Positions 37,081 through 47,688 of a stretch of 54,352 bases of DNA are shown piece after piece. The position numbers and the translations under genes were made by a program. The stretch is from assembly GCA_963790825.1 (NCBI GenBank), contig CAWBPM010000003.1:1-54352 (forward strand), in the 5' to 3' direction. The stretch comes from Candidatus Levyibacteriota bacterium. GTDB taxonomy: Bacteria; Patescibacteriota; Microgenomatia; Levybacterales; UBA12049. The notes under the pieces are model-generated. The model had not been told where the DNA came from and made no database searches. It saw only the letters and a program-made list of their open reading frames with translations. Position 1 is the first letter of the stretch, and each line of letters begins with the position of its first letter.

Positions 37081-38121
37081 ATGAAACCTTTTTTTTCAGT
37101 TATTATTCCTACGTATAATAGACCCGGAAATATCAAACAAGCTATAGAAAGTATCTTAAATCAAACGTTTAGGAATTACGAGATTGTTATTACAGATAAT
37201 TCTACTAATCTATTATCAAAAACTATATGTGAGAGTTACAAAAATGAAAATATCAGATATTTTAAAAACAAAGAAAATCTGGGTTTTACTAAGAATCTAT
37301 ATAAGTGTATAAATCTGGCGAAAGGAAAATATATATTTATACTCGGTGATGATGATCTACTTCTGGAACGTGAGCTACTGGCAAATATCCATAAACTAAC
37401 TATCAAAAATAAGTACGGTTATATCAGAATAAAATTTATTTATCACAAAGCGTTCAAGAAATTATTTTCGGTCTATCTTAATGACGCTCTTGATAAAAAT
37501 TTAAGGATGATAAAACCAAACAGTAATGAAATAGATATCTATAACTTTATCGATAGATCAATTTACTCTTTTATTTCAGGGTTAGTATTTCTGAATACAC
37601 GTAATTTTACCATCAAGGAAATAGGGTCGAACAAAAAGGAAGATATTGACCTCTCTAACTTTTGGATCAAATATTTGTTTAATATAGTTAAATCACATGG
37701 GGGGTATATTGATATCAATAATACGATTCTGTCACAATGGCCCGAGTATCCCAATCCTGTCTTCTATAATGTCATCGATAACAAGATTCCCGAAGAGAGA
37801 ATATGGGAATTATATAAAGAGTATGTAGATCAAGCAACTTTAAAGACAATCATACATGATTACACAACGATCATTGTCAGAAATTTTCCCAGTATTAAAT
37901 ACTATTCAAATACTGGAAATCTAGTCTTGTTTGCACGAAGATTGGTACAGCTAAATCCAACTCTACTATACAATTTATCGTTTTACTTCTTCTTTCTTTC
38001 TTCATTAATAATTCCTAAAAAAAATTGGTCATTTATCCGAAGCTTGTATCAAGGCAATAAACAGATTACTGACTTGAAGACTAGGAAGAGTTTATCTTTA
38101 TTATTGAGTTCGTTTAGATAA
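37081..38121 (+). CDS. Glycosyltransferase family 2
   Basis: SVIIPTYNR, TDNST, NLGF..N, GDDD; overlaps the convergent gene by 21 nt. Confidence 0.9.
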   Translation: MKPFFSVIIPTYNRPGNIKQAIESILNQTFRNYEIVITDNSTNLLSKTICESYKNENIRYFKNKENLGFTKNLYKCINLAKGKYIFILGDDDLLLERELLANIHKLTIKNKYGYIRIKFIYHKAFKKLFSVYLNDALDKNLRMIKPNSNEIDIYNFIDRSIYSFISGLVFLNTRNFTIKEIGSNKKEDIDLSNFWIKYLFNIVKSHGGYIDINNTILSQWPEYPNPVFYNVIDNKIPEERIWELYKEYVDQATLKTIIHDYTTIIVRNFPSIKYYSNTGNLVLFARRLVQLNPTLLYNLSFYFFFLSSLIIPKKNWSFIRSLYQGNKQITDLKTRKSLSLLLSSFR

Positions 38122-40398
38122 ATTTCTTTTTATCTTTGTAGCCAAATACACCGCACCCACAGCGAATGAGATAATGAAAATAATAAAACCATAGTCTACG
38201 AAAGATTGTTTTTGATAATATAACACAAACTGCATATTTACACTTCCGTCCTTATTGACGGTAAAAAAAGAGGGGTAATTCTGCAAAATCTGGTTGGAGT
38301 TAATCAGCCATTCATTCGCGTATTCATATCCGGCAAGATGATCACTCTCAGATACCGAACTTCTGAAAGTATAGATTAATTCATCTGTTTCAAAGAAACT
38401 TTTCTCTCTAAGAAACGAGTTTTTATTGCTATTTTTATTATCAATAAAATTATTTGAAAACTTAACGGGATATAATTTCCAAGCAGTACTAAAATTATTT
38501 AGGAAATACAATCTCGTGTTTGTAGATAGATTCGTTAGTTCAATATTTATCCGTGTAGGATTTTGAATAGTATACCTCAATAACGGTGTGCGTTTCTGCC
38601 CATAAGTATCAACCGTTAGGAGATCACTTCGACAGCTATCTTTTACGATATATAAAGTGAATCCGCGATAAAGATTATTTTGGTAAACTTTTTTGGAAAC
38701 AATGTCCGGATTGTTATTAAGTAAAGAAAGAAGACTTGAGATACTTTCTTCCATCCTCATTTGGGAAGACAGATCCTCCCGCACCATGATGTGTGAAATA
38801 CCCAATTGTTTCAACTGCGAACAAACATCTTTCTTTTTGCGAATCATTTTTACCAGGTCATTTACTTTCCTTTTTATTGGTGTATTGGGTGTCGAATCAG
38901 ATTCATCAGGAGCTACAAGTTCAAAATCCCAAATATAATAAAGAAAATCTGATGTGTATAAATTATTAATTGACATGTTGAACATCGGTTGTATACCATA
39001 TGTGCCAGGAAGCAAAAGAATTTTATCCGCATTTGCATGGGTTATATCATTACGTGCTTCATAGTAATACTGAGGAATGTTAAACGGTATTAGGGTAGCC
39101 GATTTAAAAAATGAAAATATAAAATACCCGGTAATAAGTAGCATGGGTAAAAGAATAATAAGACCAAATTTGGTTTTACTCATTTTTTTACTTACAATAA
39201 CAGCCCCTGCAAAAGAAAGTGCTAAGTAAAAAATGATAAAAATACCATAATATTTACTGACCGGTCTTCGGAAAGACTGAAAGCCAATAACATTATTATA
39301 TAGCCACATATAAATATTTGAGAATGGCTCGCGCGGGCCTTTTGTTAGAAAAAAACCAACCAGTGTCATACACGTAAGCATGACTATATATCTGTTCTTT
39401 ATTGCTTTAATTACAGCTAACATAAAAAAAATTGCAATTATAATAAAAGAGACAAAAGCGATTGAATTGACATAATAATTGCTGTTTAAAAGGAATAACT
39501 GCCCATCGGGTCTTCCTAAGAATATATTTGTAACACTTGCCATTTTTACCGCAAGGTTAATAGCATTATTTATATAGTAATCCTGAGAAGTTGCCCCGGT
39601 AAGATCATGGAGAGTAGTTGCAAAACCCACGACCCACCAGACGTTTGATAAAAACAGTAAAGACAATACAACCGTCATTTTTCTGACAATCACCTTTATT
39701 GATATTTTCTGAATTATCCACGCTAAAAAGACATATATGAATAAGGTTAGTAAAATCGTATAGACGACTCCGACATTACCAAATGCAGTTGCGCTGAGTA
39801 AGAAAATTAAATAGATAATAAAATATTGCCATACACCCGAAGCTGTCCTTAAAAATAGCAAATCCAGTTGCTTCAATAATAAAGGAAAGAGAACGTAGGG
39901 AACTGCTTGAATAAAATGGCCCGGAGCAATAAGTGCGGCAAATGCAGGGGAAAATGCATAGAGCATCGAAAATAACATTGCTAAAAGTTTAGCTTTTGTT
40001 GACTCTGCCTTCAACTTATATGCAGATATATAATCGAGATAAATATACATAGATACTTCAGAGAAGAAAATAACTATTGCTATGTAAATCAAGCTAATTA
40101 TTAATGAGGTAAGATGTAAAAAATTACCCGCATAGAAAAGGAGATACTCCGGAAATAAATGGGCTATAAAGTAAGCCACATCAATTCCACCATATTGATT
40201 CGGGAAATAAATGAAAAAGTGAGTAAAGATATTACCATTAATACTTATGGGGGAGATATAATCGGCGCTACCTATAAATTGATAGTTAAATATATTATAT
40301 GAATTAAGTACAAATAATAATGAGGTTATTGCAAAAAGGATTAGTATCCAAAAACGTCTAATGCGTTTGGGATATTTAATATGTTTTATTGAATCCAT
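38101..40398 (-). CDS. Large multi-TM protein, probable GT-C (AftD/YfhO-like)
   Basis: GSAD first loop, LYAFSP, NVWW, KGPREPF...FQSFRRPVSKY, C-terminal NNFSTAW and HLAGYEYANEW. Confidence 0.65.
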   Translation of the reverse strand: MDSIKHIKYPKRIRRFWILILFAITSLLFVLNSYNIFNYQFIGSADYISPISINGNIFTHFFIYFPNQYGGIDVAYFIAHLFPEYLLFYAGNFLHLTSLIISLIYIAIVIFFSEVSMYIYLDYISAYKLKAESTKAKLLAMLFSMLYAFSPAFAALIAPGHFIQAVPYVLFPLLLKQLDLLFLRTASGVWQYFIIYLIFLLSATAFGNVGVVYTILLTLFIYVFLAWIIQKISIKVIVRKMTVVLSLLFLSNVWWVVGFATTLHDLTGATSQDYYINNAINLAVKMASVTNIFLGRPDGQLFLLNSNYYVNSIAFVSFIIIAIFFMLAVIKAIKNRYIVMLTCMTLVGFFLTKGPREPFSNIYMWLYNNVIGFQSFRRPVSKYYGIFIIFYLALSFAGAVIVSKKMSKTKFGLIILLPMLLITGYFIFSFFKSATLIPFNIPQYYYEARNDITHANADKILLLPGTYGIQPMFNMSINNLYTSDFLYYIWDFELVAPDESDSTPNTPIKRKVNDLVKMIRKKKDVCSQLKQLGISHIMVREDLSSQMRMEESISSLLSLLNNNPDIVSKKVYQNNLYRGFTLYIVKDSCRSDLLTVDTYGQKRTPLLRYTIQNPTRINIELTNLSTNTRLYFLNNFSTAWKLYPVKFSNNFIDNKNSNKNSFLREKSFFETDELIYTFRSSVSESDHLAGYEYANEWLINSNQILQNYPSFFTVNKDGSVNMQFVLYYQKQSFVDYGFIIFIISFAVGAVYLATKIKRNLSKRTQ

Positions 40399-40502
40399 TA
40401 GTTTTTAATTATATCCAAATACAAGTAAATAGCAATAGAATTAGTTTCCGTTTTATGCTATTATTCAAATATATTCAAATAAGTAAATTATTAATAGTGA
40501 GA

Positions 40503-41393
40503 ATGAATAAACTCAAAAATACTCCGACGGAAATTCCGAACATGTTTTGCTGCCCGACTTGCAAAGGCTCATTAAAAAAAGATAAGCAAATTTTATTATG
40601 TAAAAAATGTAAATCAGAATACAATGTTCTCAACGATATACCCATTCTCCTCAAGGAATCATTATTGACTAAATACTCTTTTAAACAAATAGAATACTTC
40701 AGCGACTCTATAAAAGAACCACCAATCTTTATTGGTTGGATGGATAGCTTTATGCAGAGGTTATATCAAAATTTAAATTTTACAAAAAATACACTTATTT
40801 TGGATTTAGCTACCGGAGACGGATACAGCGCGTTAAAACTAGCAAAAAAAGGGTATGACGTCATTGCGCTTGATTTTACCTTTCCTACACTATTAAGATT
40901 GAAAAGAGAAGCAAAGAAACAAAAGTTATTAGATAAAATTCACTTTGTTTGCGCAGACGCGACAGCATTACCTTTAAAAAATAGGTTCGTTGATATAACT
41001 ATTGCAAATGCGATTTTAGAACATATTCCCAAAGAACGAAAAGCAATATCCGAAGTTAATCGGGTGAGCAAAAAAAGAGCAGGTCTCATGGTAGTCGTTC
41101 CCCTTGCGTACCGATATATATGGCCTTTTTTTATACCTGTAAATTATTATCATGATAAAAGGATTGGTCACCTGCGCAGATATTCCAAAAAAGATTTTGA
41201 GTCTAAATTTAAATCATGGAATATAAAACAAGTATATTATACCGGCCACTTGATTAAGGTGGCGCTTTTTCTTATAGCTTATACATTTAAATTACGGTTC
41301 TTAGATAACACTGCGGAAAAAACCGATTCTCTTTTCATGAATAAACCGTATGGGGCTTCAAATATTACTGTTTTCATGACAAAGTCGGTATAA
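40503..41393 (+). CDS. Class I SAM methyltransferase with N-terminal Trm112-like zinc finger (start revised to ATG 40503)
   Basis: CPTCK..CKKC..IPIL, ILDLATGDG, ADATALP, AILEHI, GHLRRY. Confidence 0.85.
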   Translation: MNKLKNTPTEIPNMFCCPTCKGSLKKDKQILLCKKCKSEYNVLNDIPILLKESLLTKYSFKQIEYFSDSIKEPPIFIGWMDSFMQRLYQNLNFTKNTLILDLATGDGYSALKLAKKGYDVIALDFTFPTLLRLKREAKKQKLLDKIHFVCADATALPLKNRFVDITIANAILEHIPKERKAISEVNRVSKKRAGLMVVVPLAYRYIWPFFIPVNYYHDKRIGHLRRYSKKDFESKFKSWNIKQVYYTGHLIKVALFLIAYTFKLRFLDNTAEKTDSLFMNKPYGASNITVFMTKSV

Positions 41394-41418
41394 GATTTTA
41401 ATTTTCGTTGATAATACT

Positions 41419-42471
41419 CTATGATAAATGCCCCGCGTTACAAATATCCGTAATAATTCTGTCTATGTCATACGTATAGTCCCATTTTGGGTAATGCTTT
41501 TTAAATTTATTAACATCTGATATATACCAAATGTGATCCCCCTCTCTATTAGTCTCTACATATTGATAATTTGCTTTCTTCTTTAAAACTTTCTCAATTT
41601 TTGTGATTGCCTCAAGCATCGAAATATTGGAATGGCGAGACCCTCCTGCGTTATATACTTCTCCAGAACGAGGACTCTTATGATATTGCCAGAACATATT
41701 TACTAAATCATATGAGTGGATATTATCCCTGACTTGCTTACCTTTATACCCGTAGATTGTATACTTCTCGCCGTTTGCAATGCATTTGATTAAATACGCC
41801 AGGAATCCGTGAAGTTTAGTTCCGCTATGTGCAGGTCCCGTAAGGCATCCTCCTCTAAAAACTCCTGTATGCAAACCAAAATATTTACCATATTCCTGAA
41901 CCATAATATCGGCAGCTACTTTTGATGCGCCAAAAATACTGTGCTTTGATTGGTCAATTGTCATATTTTCATCAATGCCGTTATAATATTTATGCGTTTT
42001 AGGCAACTCGTATCTGGTCTTCTTTTCAATTAGCGGTAATTGATTCGGAGTATCACCATATACTTTATTGGTTGAAGTAAAAATAAATGTTGCTTCCGGA
42101 CTGTATTTTCTATAGTTTTCTAACAAAATAAGTGTTCCTAACGCATTTATCGTAAAATCGGTAATAGGTTCTTTTGCCGCCCAATCATGAGAAGGCTGTG
42201 CGGCGGTGTGGATGATAATATCAAATGTATATTTTTTGAATAAAGACTTAATATCTTCTTCATTTCTAATATCCGTATTTACGTGGACATATTGTTTTTT
42301 ATAGAGTTTAACAAGGTTCTCTTTATTCCATTCTGTACTCGCTTCCTGACCAAAGAAATATGCTCGCATGTTATTATCTATTCCTACAATTTGATAATCT
42401 TTCTTTACGAAAAATTTTACAGTTTCTGAACCAATCAAGCCAGCAGATCCTGTTACTAATGCTGTTTTCAT
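41419..42471 (-). CDS. rfbE: CDP-paratose 2-epimerase-like SDR
   Basis: [48 protein letters not shown]. Confidence 0.72.
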   Translation of the reverse strand: MKTALVTGSAGLIGSETVKFFVKKDYQIVGIDNNMRAYFFGQEASTEWNKENLVKLYKKQYVHVNTDIRNEEDIKSLFKKYTFDIIIHTAAQPSHDWAAKEPITDFTINALGTLILLENYRKYSPEATFIFTSTNKVYGDTPNQLPLIEKKTRYELPKTHKYYNGIDENMTIDQSKHSIFGASKVAADIMVQEYGKYFGLHTGVFRGGCLTGPAHSGTKLHGFLAYLIKCIANGEKYTIYGYKGKQVRDNIHSYDLVNMFWQYHKSPRSGEVYNAGGSRHSNISMLEAITKIEKVLKKKANYQYVETNREGDHIWYISDVNKFKKHYPKWDYTYDIDRIITDICNAGHLS

Positions 42472-42503
42472 AAATGTTATTTAAATTACAACTGTATTAA
42501 TTA

Positions 42504-43685
42504 TTAATTTACTTGAGGATTATTTAGAACCTCATTATAAATCTTATCGAATATATTGTTGTAATCAAAACTCTTAGCATAATCAATTGCATTTTTTCTA
42601 TATATCTTATTGGCGTCAGATTTAAACAAATATTGAATAGCATTTAATATGCTTTTTTTATCTTCTTCTACAATAATACCACATTTTCGCTCTGAAATCT
42701 TAGAGGCATTCCATGGAATATCTGTCAGTATAATAGGTACACCGCAAGCAAGATATATTTTTATTTTTGAAGGATCTGCATAATAAGAAATATGTTTCAT
42801 CTCTTTTAGGTAAGGAGCAATAGCTACTGCTGACCTGGCTATTTCTTTTTCCAGTTCTACATGATCATCAATCTGTCCTAAAAAAGTACAATAATCCAAT
42901 ACGCCTTTTTTATTCGCTAATTCTTTAACTATGCTACCATAATCTCCTGAACCTATAATCTTAAAATTAAAGTTAGGGATCAACTTAATAATATCGGGAA
43001 TAATATTTATTATTAATTGTACTCCTTGATATTGAGAAATATTACCAACGAAAATTAATGTGTTTTTATCACATCTCTCGTACGGTATCTTCTTTATTCT
43101 CTTTATCCATGCCCCTATTGGCACTATCCTTTGCGATTTAATATCTTTTTTTGAAATATTTAAATATTTTACTCTTGCGGGCCCCATTCTGGGAGAAAGA
43201 TCCCAAACCTCATCACTATTTTTAAAGCTTGTTCTATTAATGAAATGATAAATATAGTTTTTTATAACAGAGGAAAACCTATTATAAGGTACAAAGTCAA
43301 TTACCCAGTAACATGTTTTTTCAACTTTGTTCGATAATTTCAATAAGTTGCCAAATGATACACAAAGCCCATCCAATCCTATGTATTGCCTCCAATAAAT
43401 TTTCGCCTCAAGTACCCATTTTACGGTGAAATACATTTCTTTTATATATATGAAAGGTTCAGGCAGATAGCTAAAATCCTGAGTTTCAACATGTTTATAT
43501 AATTTACCCTCCTTATACCAAATAAACTTACTTTGTCTATCTTTAGCATTCGCAAAGCTATGCATTATATGAAGAATATTGGCAAATTTATGAGAGTTAA
43601 GATATGTTACTAAATCATCGTCACAAAGATGAACTACCTTATGTGTCACTATAACTATATTTTTTCCATTATAGATTTTTTTCAT
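42504..43685 (-). CDS. Glycosyltransferase family 4 (divergent, AT-rich)
   Basis: FVGNI, IIGSG, APY, DPSKIKIYLACGVPII. Confidence 0.85.
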   Translation of the reverse strand: MKKIYNGKNIVIVTHKVVHLCDDDLVTYLNSHKFANILHIMHSFANAKDRQSKFIWYKEGKLYKHVETQDFSYLPEPFIYIKEMYFTVKWVLEAKIYWRQYIGLDGLCVSFGNLLKLSNKVEKTCYWVIDFVPYNRFSSVIKNYIYHFINRTSFKNSDEVWDLSPRMGPARVKYLNISKKDIKSQRIVPIGAWIKRIKKIPYERCDKNTLIFVGNISQYQGVQLIINIIPDIIKLIPNFNFKIIGSGDYGSIVKELANKKGVLDYCTFLGQIDDHVELEKEIARSAVAIAPYLKEMKHISYYADPSKIKIYLACGVPIILTDIPWNASKISERKCGIIVEEDKKSILNAIQYLFKSDANKIYRKNAIDYAKSFDYNNIFDKIYNEVLNNPQVN

Positions 43686-44623
43686 GAATTTGAAAATATA
43701 TTATACTTTATATCAATAATCTTGTGGTAACACAAAGAACTAAGATATAAACCTTTACCAGCGTATACTTTTAATGTGTTCTTAAATGAATAATTTTCTC
43801 TATATTTTTTTAAAAACTTAAGTATATCTTTATATGTAATTTCTTTAACTAGACTTTTGTCTTTATTTTCTATAATACTCCAACATTTCAAAAAATCCTT
43901 ATCTGAAAGAGCTATGATCGAAAATCCCTTCTTTTTAAGAAAGGAGTAAAGGGCATAAGCAGTAAAATTTTGGAGATGTTCGTTATATAAGAATTTATTA
44001 AGACTGAATCCCCCGGTAGGCTTTAATAAATTTGGAACTTCTAAATAAAGTAAACCGTCTTTGGTAAGTAGTTTTTTAACCCTTTCCATAAAACTGTCGG
44101 GATCATCAACATGCTCAAGCGTATGATTACAAATAATGATGTCAAATTTTTTATTTATTTTAAGTTCTTCGAGAAGTAATGGCATTATTTTAACATGAAA
44201 CATATACTCTCCTAAACTCGATGCCTCTGAAGACGGTTCCAATCCTAACACATTACTCTTATATTTCTTTTGCAAATAATATAGATTCTCTCCATATGCA
44301 CAACCAACATCTAATACACGTTTGCTTGAGAAGTCAACATTTTTTACCGCAAGAGATTTTTTAATCTGCCTCTCCCCAAGGTTCATCAACATACTTCTAC
44401 TTACAAAAGCTTTTCGTACTGACAGAGCAGGTGATTTCTTAAAATAACCATCTTTCTTATAATATACGTGCGTTGATTTGCTCTCTCGAGGAATAAATAC
44501 TAAACCACATTTTTTACAAAGATAGTTATTCGCTTCACAATAACCTAACTTTTTCAGAGAAATGAAATTAGTATTTTTACCACAGACAAAGCAATGTAAT
44601 TTATGCTTTTTTGAAATTCTCAT
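43682..44623 (-). CDS. Class I SAM methyltransferase with N-terminal zinc-binding motif (probable start 44623)
   Basis: CFVC..CKKC, VLDVGCAYG, GLEPS, NHTLEHVDDP, LEVPN, EHL..F. Confidence 0.85.
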   Translation of the reverse strand: MRISKKHKLHCFVCGKNTNFISLKKLGYCEANNYLCKKCGLVFIPRESKSTHVYYKKDGYFKKSPALSVRKAFVSRSMLMNLGERQIKKSLAVKNVDFSSKRVLDVGCAYGENLYYLQKKYKSNVLGLEPSSEASSLGEYMFHVKIMPLLLEELKINKKFDIIICNHTLEHVDDPDSFMERVKKLLTKDGLLYLEVPNLLKPTGGFSLNKFLYNEHLQNFTAYALYSFLKKKGFSIIALSDKDFLKCWSIIENKDKSLVKEITYKDILKFLKKYRENYSFKNTLKVYAGKGLYLSSLCYHKIIDIKYNIFSNS

Positions 44624-45668
44624 ACATTGAAATAAACTGATCAACCCTATTTTTGTATGTATGTTCACGCAATACTTTTCTTTGTCCAGTTTTTATAATA
44701 GCTTTTCTTTTTTCAGGATTTTTTAAATAATAATCTATTTTATCAAACCAATCATTCTTATTCTCCCCAATAACGAGTTCTTCTTCGGAAAAATACTTCC
44801 GTAGGACTCGAATATTATCACAGATTTCAAACCCGCCGCACGCTAATATTTTAAACGTGCGCTCATTGAAGTCATGTCCAAATTTTCTTTGGTGATCCTC
44901 ATGAATATTAAGCGATATCACTGATGAAGAATAAACCTTTCTTTCATCATCAAGAGAAAGTGGCAATTTTCTAACTTTTTTCAAAAGAGATATATTAAAA
45001 TACTGTCCCGCTTTTTGTATGTAGCCCAACATTCTATTGGAAAATGTCCAGTCACTTCCATAAACAGAAACGGCATATTTCTTCCGCAAAGGTGTTATTC
45101 TCTCATTGATAAATTTTCTTTTTTCCGGCAGGTAACTACCTACGAATGAAATATTGCTGGAAAATTTTTTATCAAAATCGTTGTAATACAGTTTTGGATT
45201 TGCCGCCAAGATGACTGTATAAAATGGATAGCCCGTTGCTTTTGTAAATCCATCCATTGCAGGATCATCCTGCTGGTACCAATTGAAAAATATATCCCCT
45301 GCCAAACCTTTTTTAATTAAATTAACAAGCCCAGATTGGGATCTCAGCGACTGTGAACCGAATTGATTGAAACTTACGTTCCATAAACCTATTTGGTTAA
45401 AAAATATCATTCCTTTTTTTCTATATTCTTTTAATAAATCCAAATCAAGAAATTTTAGTGTATATGGATTTAATGAGGAAATAAAAATATCAGGCCGATA
45501 TTCCTTTAGAAAATCCTTAAGATTATCTTCGGAAGTTAAGGGTTTAAACGGATAGCCTAGCTCTAGAAACGCATCTTTATATCCCTCATATATAAACCTG
45601 GCCGCGTATACTGTTTCAAGACTAGGGATATGATACAGGATCTTTATTTTCTTTTTATCCACTGTCAT
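44601..45668 (-). CDS. CgeB-family glycosyltransferase-like protein (probable start 45668)
   Basis: SFVGS, VYGSDW, SLNIHE, NERTFKILACGGF, EHTY.NR. Confidence 0.82.
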   Translation of the reverse strand: MTVDKKKIKILYHIPSLETVYAARFIYEGYKDAFLELGYPFKPLTSEDNLKDFLKEYRPDIFISSLNPYTLKFLDLDLLKEYRKKGMIFFNQIGLWNVSFNQFGSQSLRSQSGLVNLIKKGLAGDIFFNWYQQDDPAMDGFTKATGYPFYTVILAANPKLYYNDFDKKFSSNISFVGSYLPEKRKFINERITPLRKKYAVSVYGSDWTFSNRMLGYIQKAGQYFNISLLKKVRKLPLSLDDERKVYSSSVISLNIHEDHQRKFGHDFNERTFKILACGGFEICDNIRVLRKYFSEEELVIGENKNDWFDKIDYYLKNPEKRKAIIKTGQRKVLREHTYKNRVDQFISMYENFKKA

Positions 45669-45672
45669 TAGG

Positions 45673-46635
45673 CTAATGATCGCCTTTGTCTTTTTTTTTG
45701 ATTGTATCATAATTTAATAAAAACCACTCATACTCTTTTTCTATTCCTTTGAGCAGTGAAATTTTTGGCTTCCAACCGGTGGCAAGCAGTTTTGTAACAT
45801 CAAGTTTTTTTCTCGGTGTTCCATCGGGCTTTGAAGTATCCCAACGAATTTCGCCTTTGTATTGAACAATACTTTTTACCAGTTCCGCAAGTTCACGGAT
45901 CGTTAGATCCTCGCCGGAGCCGATATTGATAATTTCCGAATCATCATAGTGCTCCATAAGATATACGCATGCGCTTGCCATATCGTCAACATTTAGAAAT
46001 TCACGAAAAACATTACCGCTCCCCCATAAAACCACTTCCTTCTTTTTTTGGACTTTTGCCTTATGAAATTTACGAATCATAGCAGGCAAGACGTGCGAGT
46101 TTTGTAAATCAAAGTTATCATTCTGACCATATAAATTCGTCGGCATTACAGAGATGAAGTTCGTTCCATACTGCTGGTTAAAGCTCTGGCACATCATAAT
46201 TCCTGCAATTTTCGCAATTGCATACGCATCATTTGTCTCCTCCAATTTACCGGTAAGAAGATATTCTTCTTTTATCGGCTGAGGAGAAAATTTCGGATAA
46301 ATACACGAGCTTCCTAAAAATTCCAACTTCTTGACTTTATATTTCCAGGCATTAAAAATTACATTATTCTGTATCTGAAGATTATCATAAATAAAATCTG
46401 CCTTTTGCGTTTTATTTGCCATAATGCCGCCGACTTTCGCGGCAGCAAGAAACACATATTCGGGTTTTTCTGAAGCAAAAAACGCTTCAACTTGCAGAAA
46501 GTCACGAAGATTTAATTCTTTTCTGGATTTCGTAACAATATTAGTATATCCGTTTTTTTGTAAACACCTGACAATAGCTGTGCCAACCAAACCGCTTTGA
46601 CCACCCGCTACATATATTTTTGCATTTTTTCTCAT
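45673..46635 (-). CDS. fcl: GDP-L-fucose synthase family protein (second paralog)
   Basis: [56 protein letters not shown]. Confidence 0.92.
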   Translation of the reverse strand: MRKNAKIYVAGGQSGLVGTAIVRCLQKNGYTNIVTKSRKELNLRDFLQVEAFFASEKPEYVFLAAAKVGGIMANKTQKADFIYDNLQIQNNVIFNAWKYKVKKLEFLGSSCIYPKFSPQPIKEEYLLTGKLEETNDAYAIAKIAGIMMCQSFNQQYGTNFISVMPTNLYGQNDNFDLQNSHVLPAMIRKFHKAKVQKKKEVVLWGSGNVFREFLNVDDMASACVYLMEHYDDSEIINIGSGEDLTIRELAELVKSIVQYKGEIRWDTSKPDGTPRKKLDVTKLLATGWKPKISLLKGIEKEYEWFLLNYDTIKKKDKGDH

Positions 46636-47657
46636 TATTTTCTCCTGACAAATAATAGCATATTAATCAATGTTAAAGCCATTAAAACTTCATACAGTAT
46701 GATAAAAGTTAATTTGAATTTGTTTACCACGTAGGGATCCCTGTGCCGAATAGTCCGCAGAGTACTAAAAATAAATTTCAAGTTTTTACTTTTTATCCCT
46801 GCGATAATATTTAATAAAGTTCGTTTTGATGCGAATAAATAGCTATCTCGTATAAAACTATGTCTTTCCTGTTTAGGAAACATCTCGAGTATTTTTTTAT
46901 TTTTGATATAATACTCCGTTAAATTATAGAAAATATCCGGGGATAATCCTTTTTTATGAAGGATAGCAATTGTTTCGGAAGACGGACTATACCGCCAGGA
47001 ACTTAAGTACGTATCAATATAATAAAAATCATACTCAGTTGCTATCCGCATGCATATCTCAATATCATTTATAAATTTGAATGACTTATTAAATGTGCCA
47101 AGTTTTTCAAAACATTCTTTTCTGTACATAATTCCACTCGGAACACAGCAGGGATAAACACGTGTCAAAAAATCTTTCAGAATAGTTTTTCCACTGACAA
47201 ATCCATCATGATTCATATATTTATATAAATGCTTCATTCTTTTAATCAGATAAAACGTAGGGTATATTCGCTGCCCGCTTACATCAATAATTTTCAGCGG
47301 AGCCATAATAACTCCCACTGTAGGATTTTCTTCCATTGCAAAAACCATCCTCTCCAGACATTCCGGCTCAAGCAGGTCATCATCCAATAAGTACTTTACG
47401 TATACACCTTTCGTATACGTCAGAATTTTAATGATGTTACTGAATGAATCCGTGCTCTTCTCGTTTTTGTGGTAATTAATTCTTTGATCATGCATTTCCT
47501 CTATGAAATCTTTGGTTTTATTATCCGTACTATTGTCGCTTATGATGATTTCAAAATTCCGGTAAGTCTGCTTGTAACAAGACTCAAGAGCAGCTTTGAG
47601 AAGATCAGGTCTATTATACGTAGGAATACAAATTGAAACGAGGAGGCCTTTTTTCAT
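46635..47657 (-). CDS. Glycosyltransferase family 2 (probable start 47657)
   Basis: [26 protein letters not shown]. Confidence 0.9.
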   Translation of the reverse strand: MKKGLLVSICIPTYNRPDLLKAALESCYKQTYRNFEIIISDNSTDNKTKDFIEEMHDQRINYHKNEKSTDSFSNIIKILTYTKGVYVKYLLDDDLLEPECLERMVFAMEENPTVGVIMAPLKIIDVSGQRIYPTFYLIKRMKHLYKYMNHDGFVSGKTILKDFLTRVYPCCVPSGIMYRKECFEKLGTFNKSFKFINDIEICMRIATEYDFYYIDTYLSSWRYSPSSETIAILHKKGLSPDIFYNLTEYYIKNKKILEMFPKQERHSFIRDSYLFASKRTLLNIIAGIKSKNLKFIFSTLRTIRHRDPYVVNKFKLTFIILYEVLMALTLINMLLFVRRK

Positions 47658-47688
47658 ATATGGGTTGCAAAGAGAAATACCAGCGGAC

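Noticed and set aside
38101-38121. 21-nt convergent overlap as antisense regulation
   Set aside because: Short tail-to-tail overlaps are common in compact genomes
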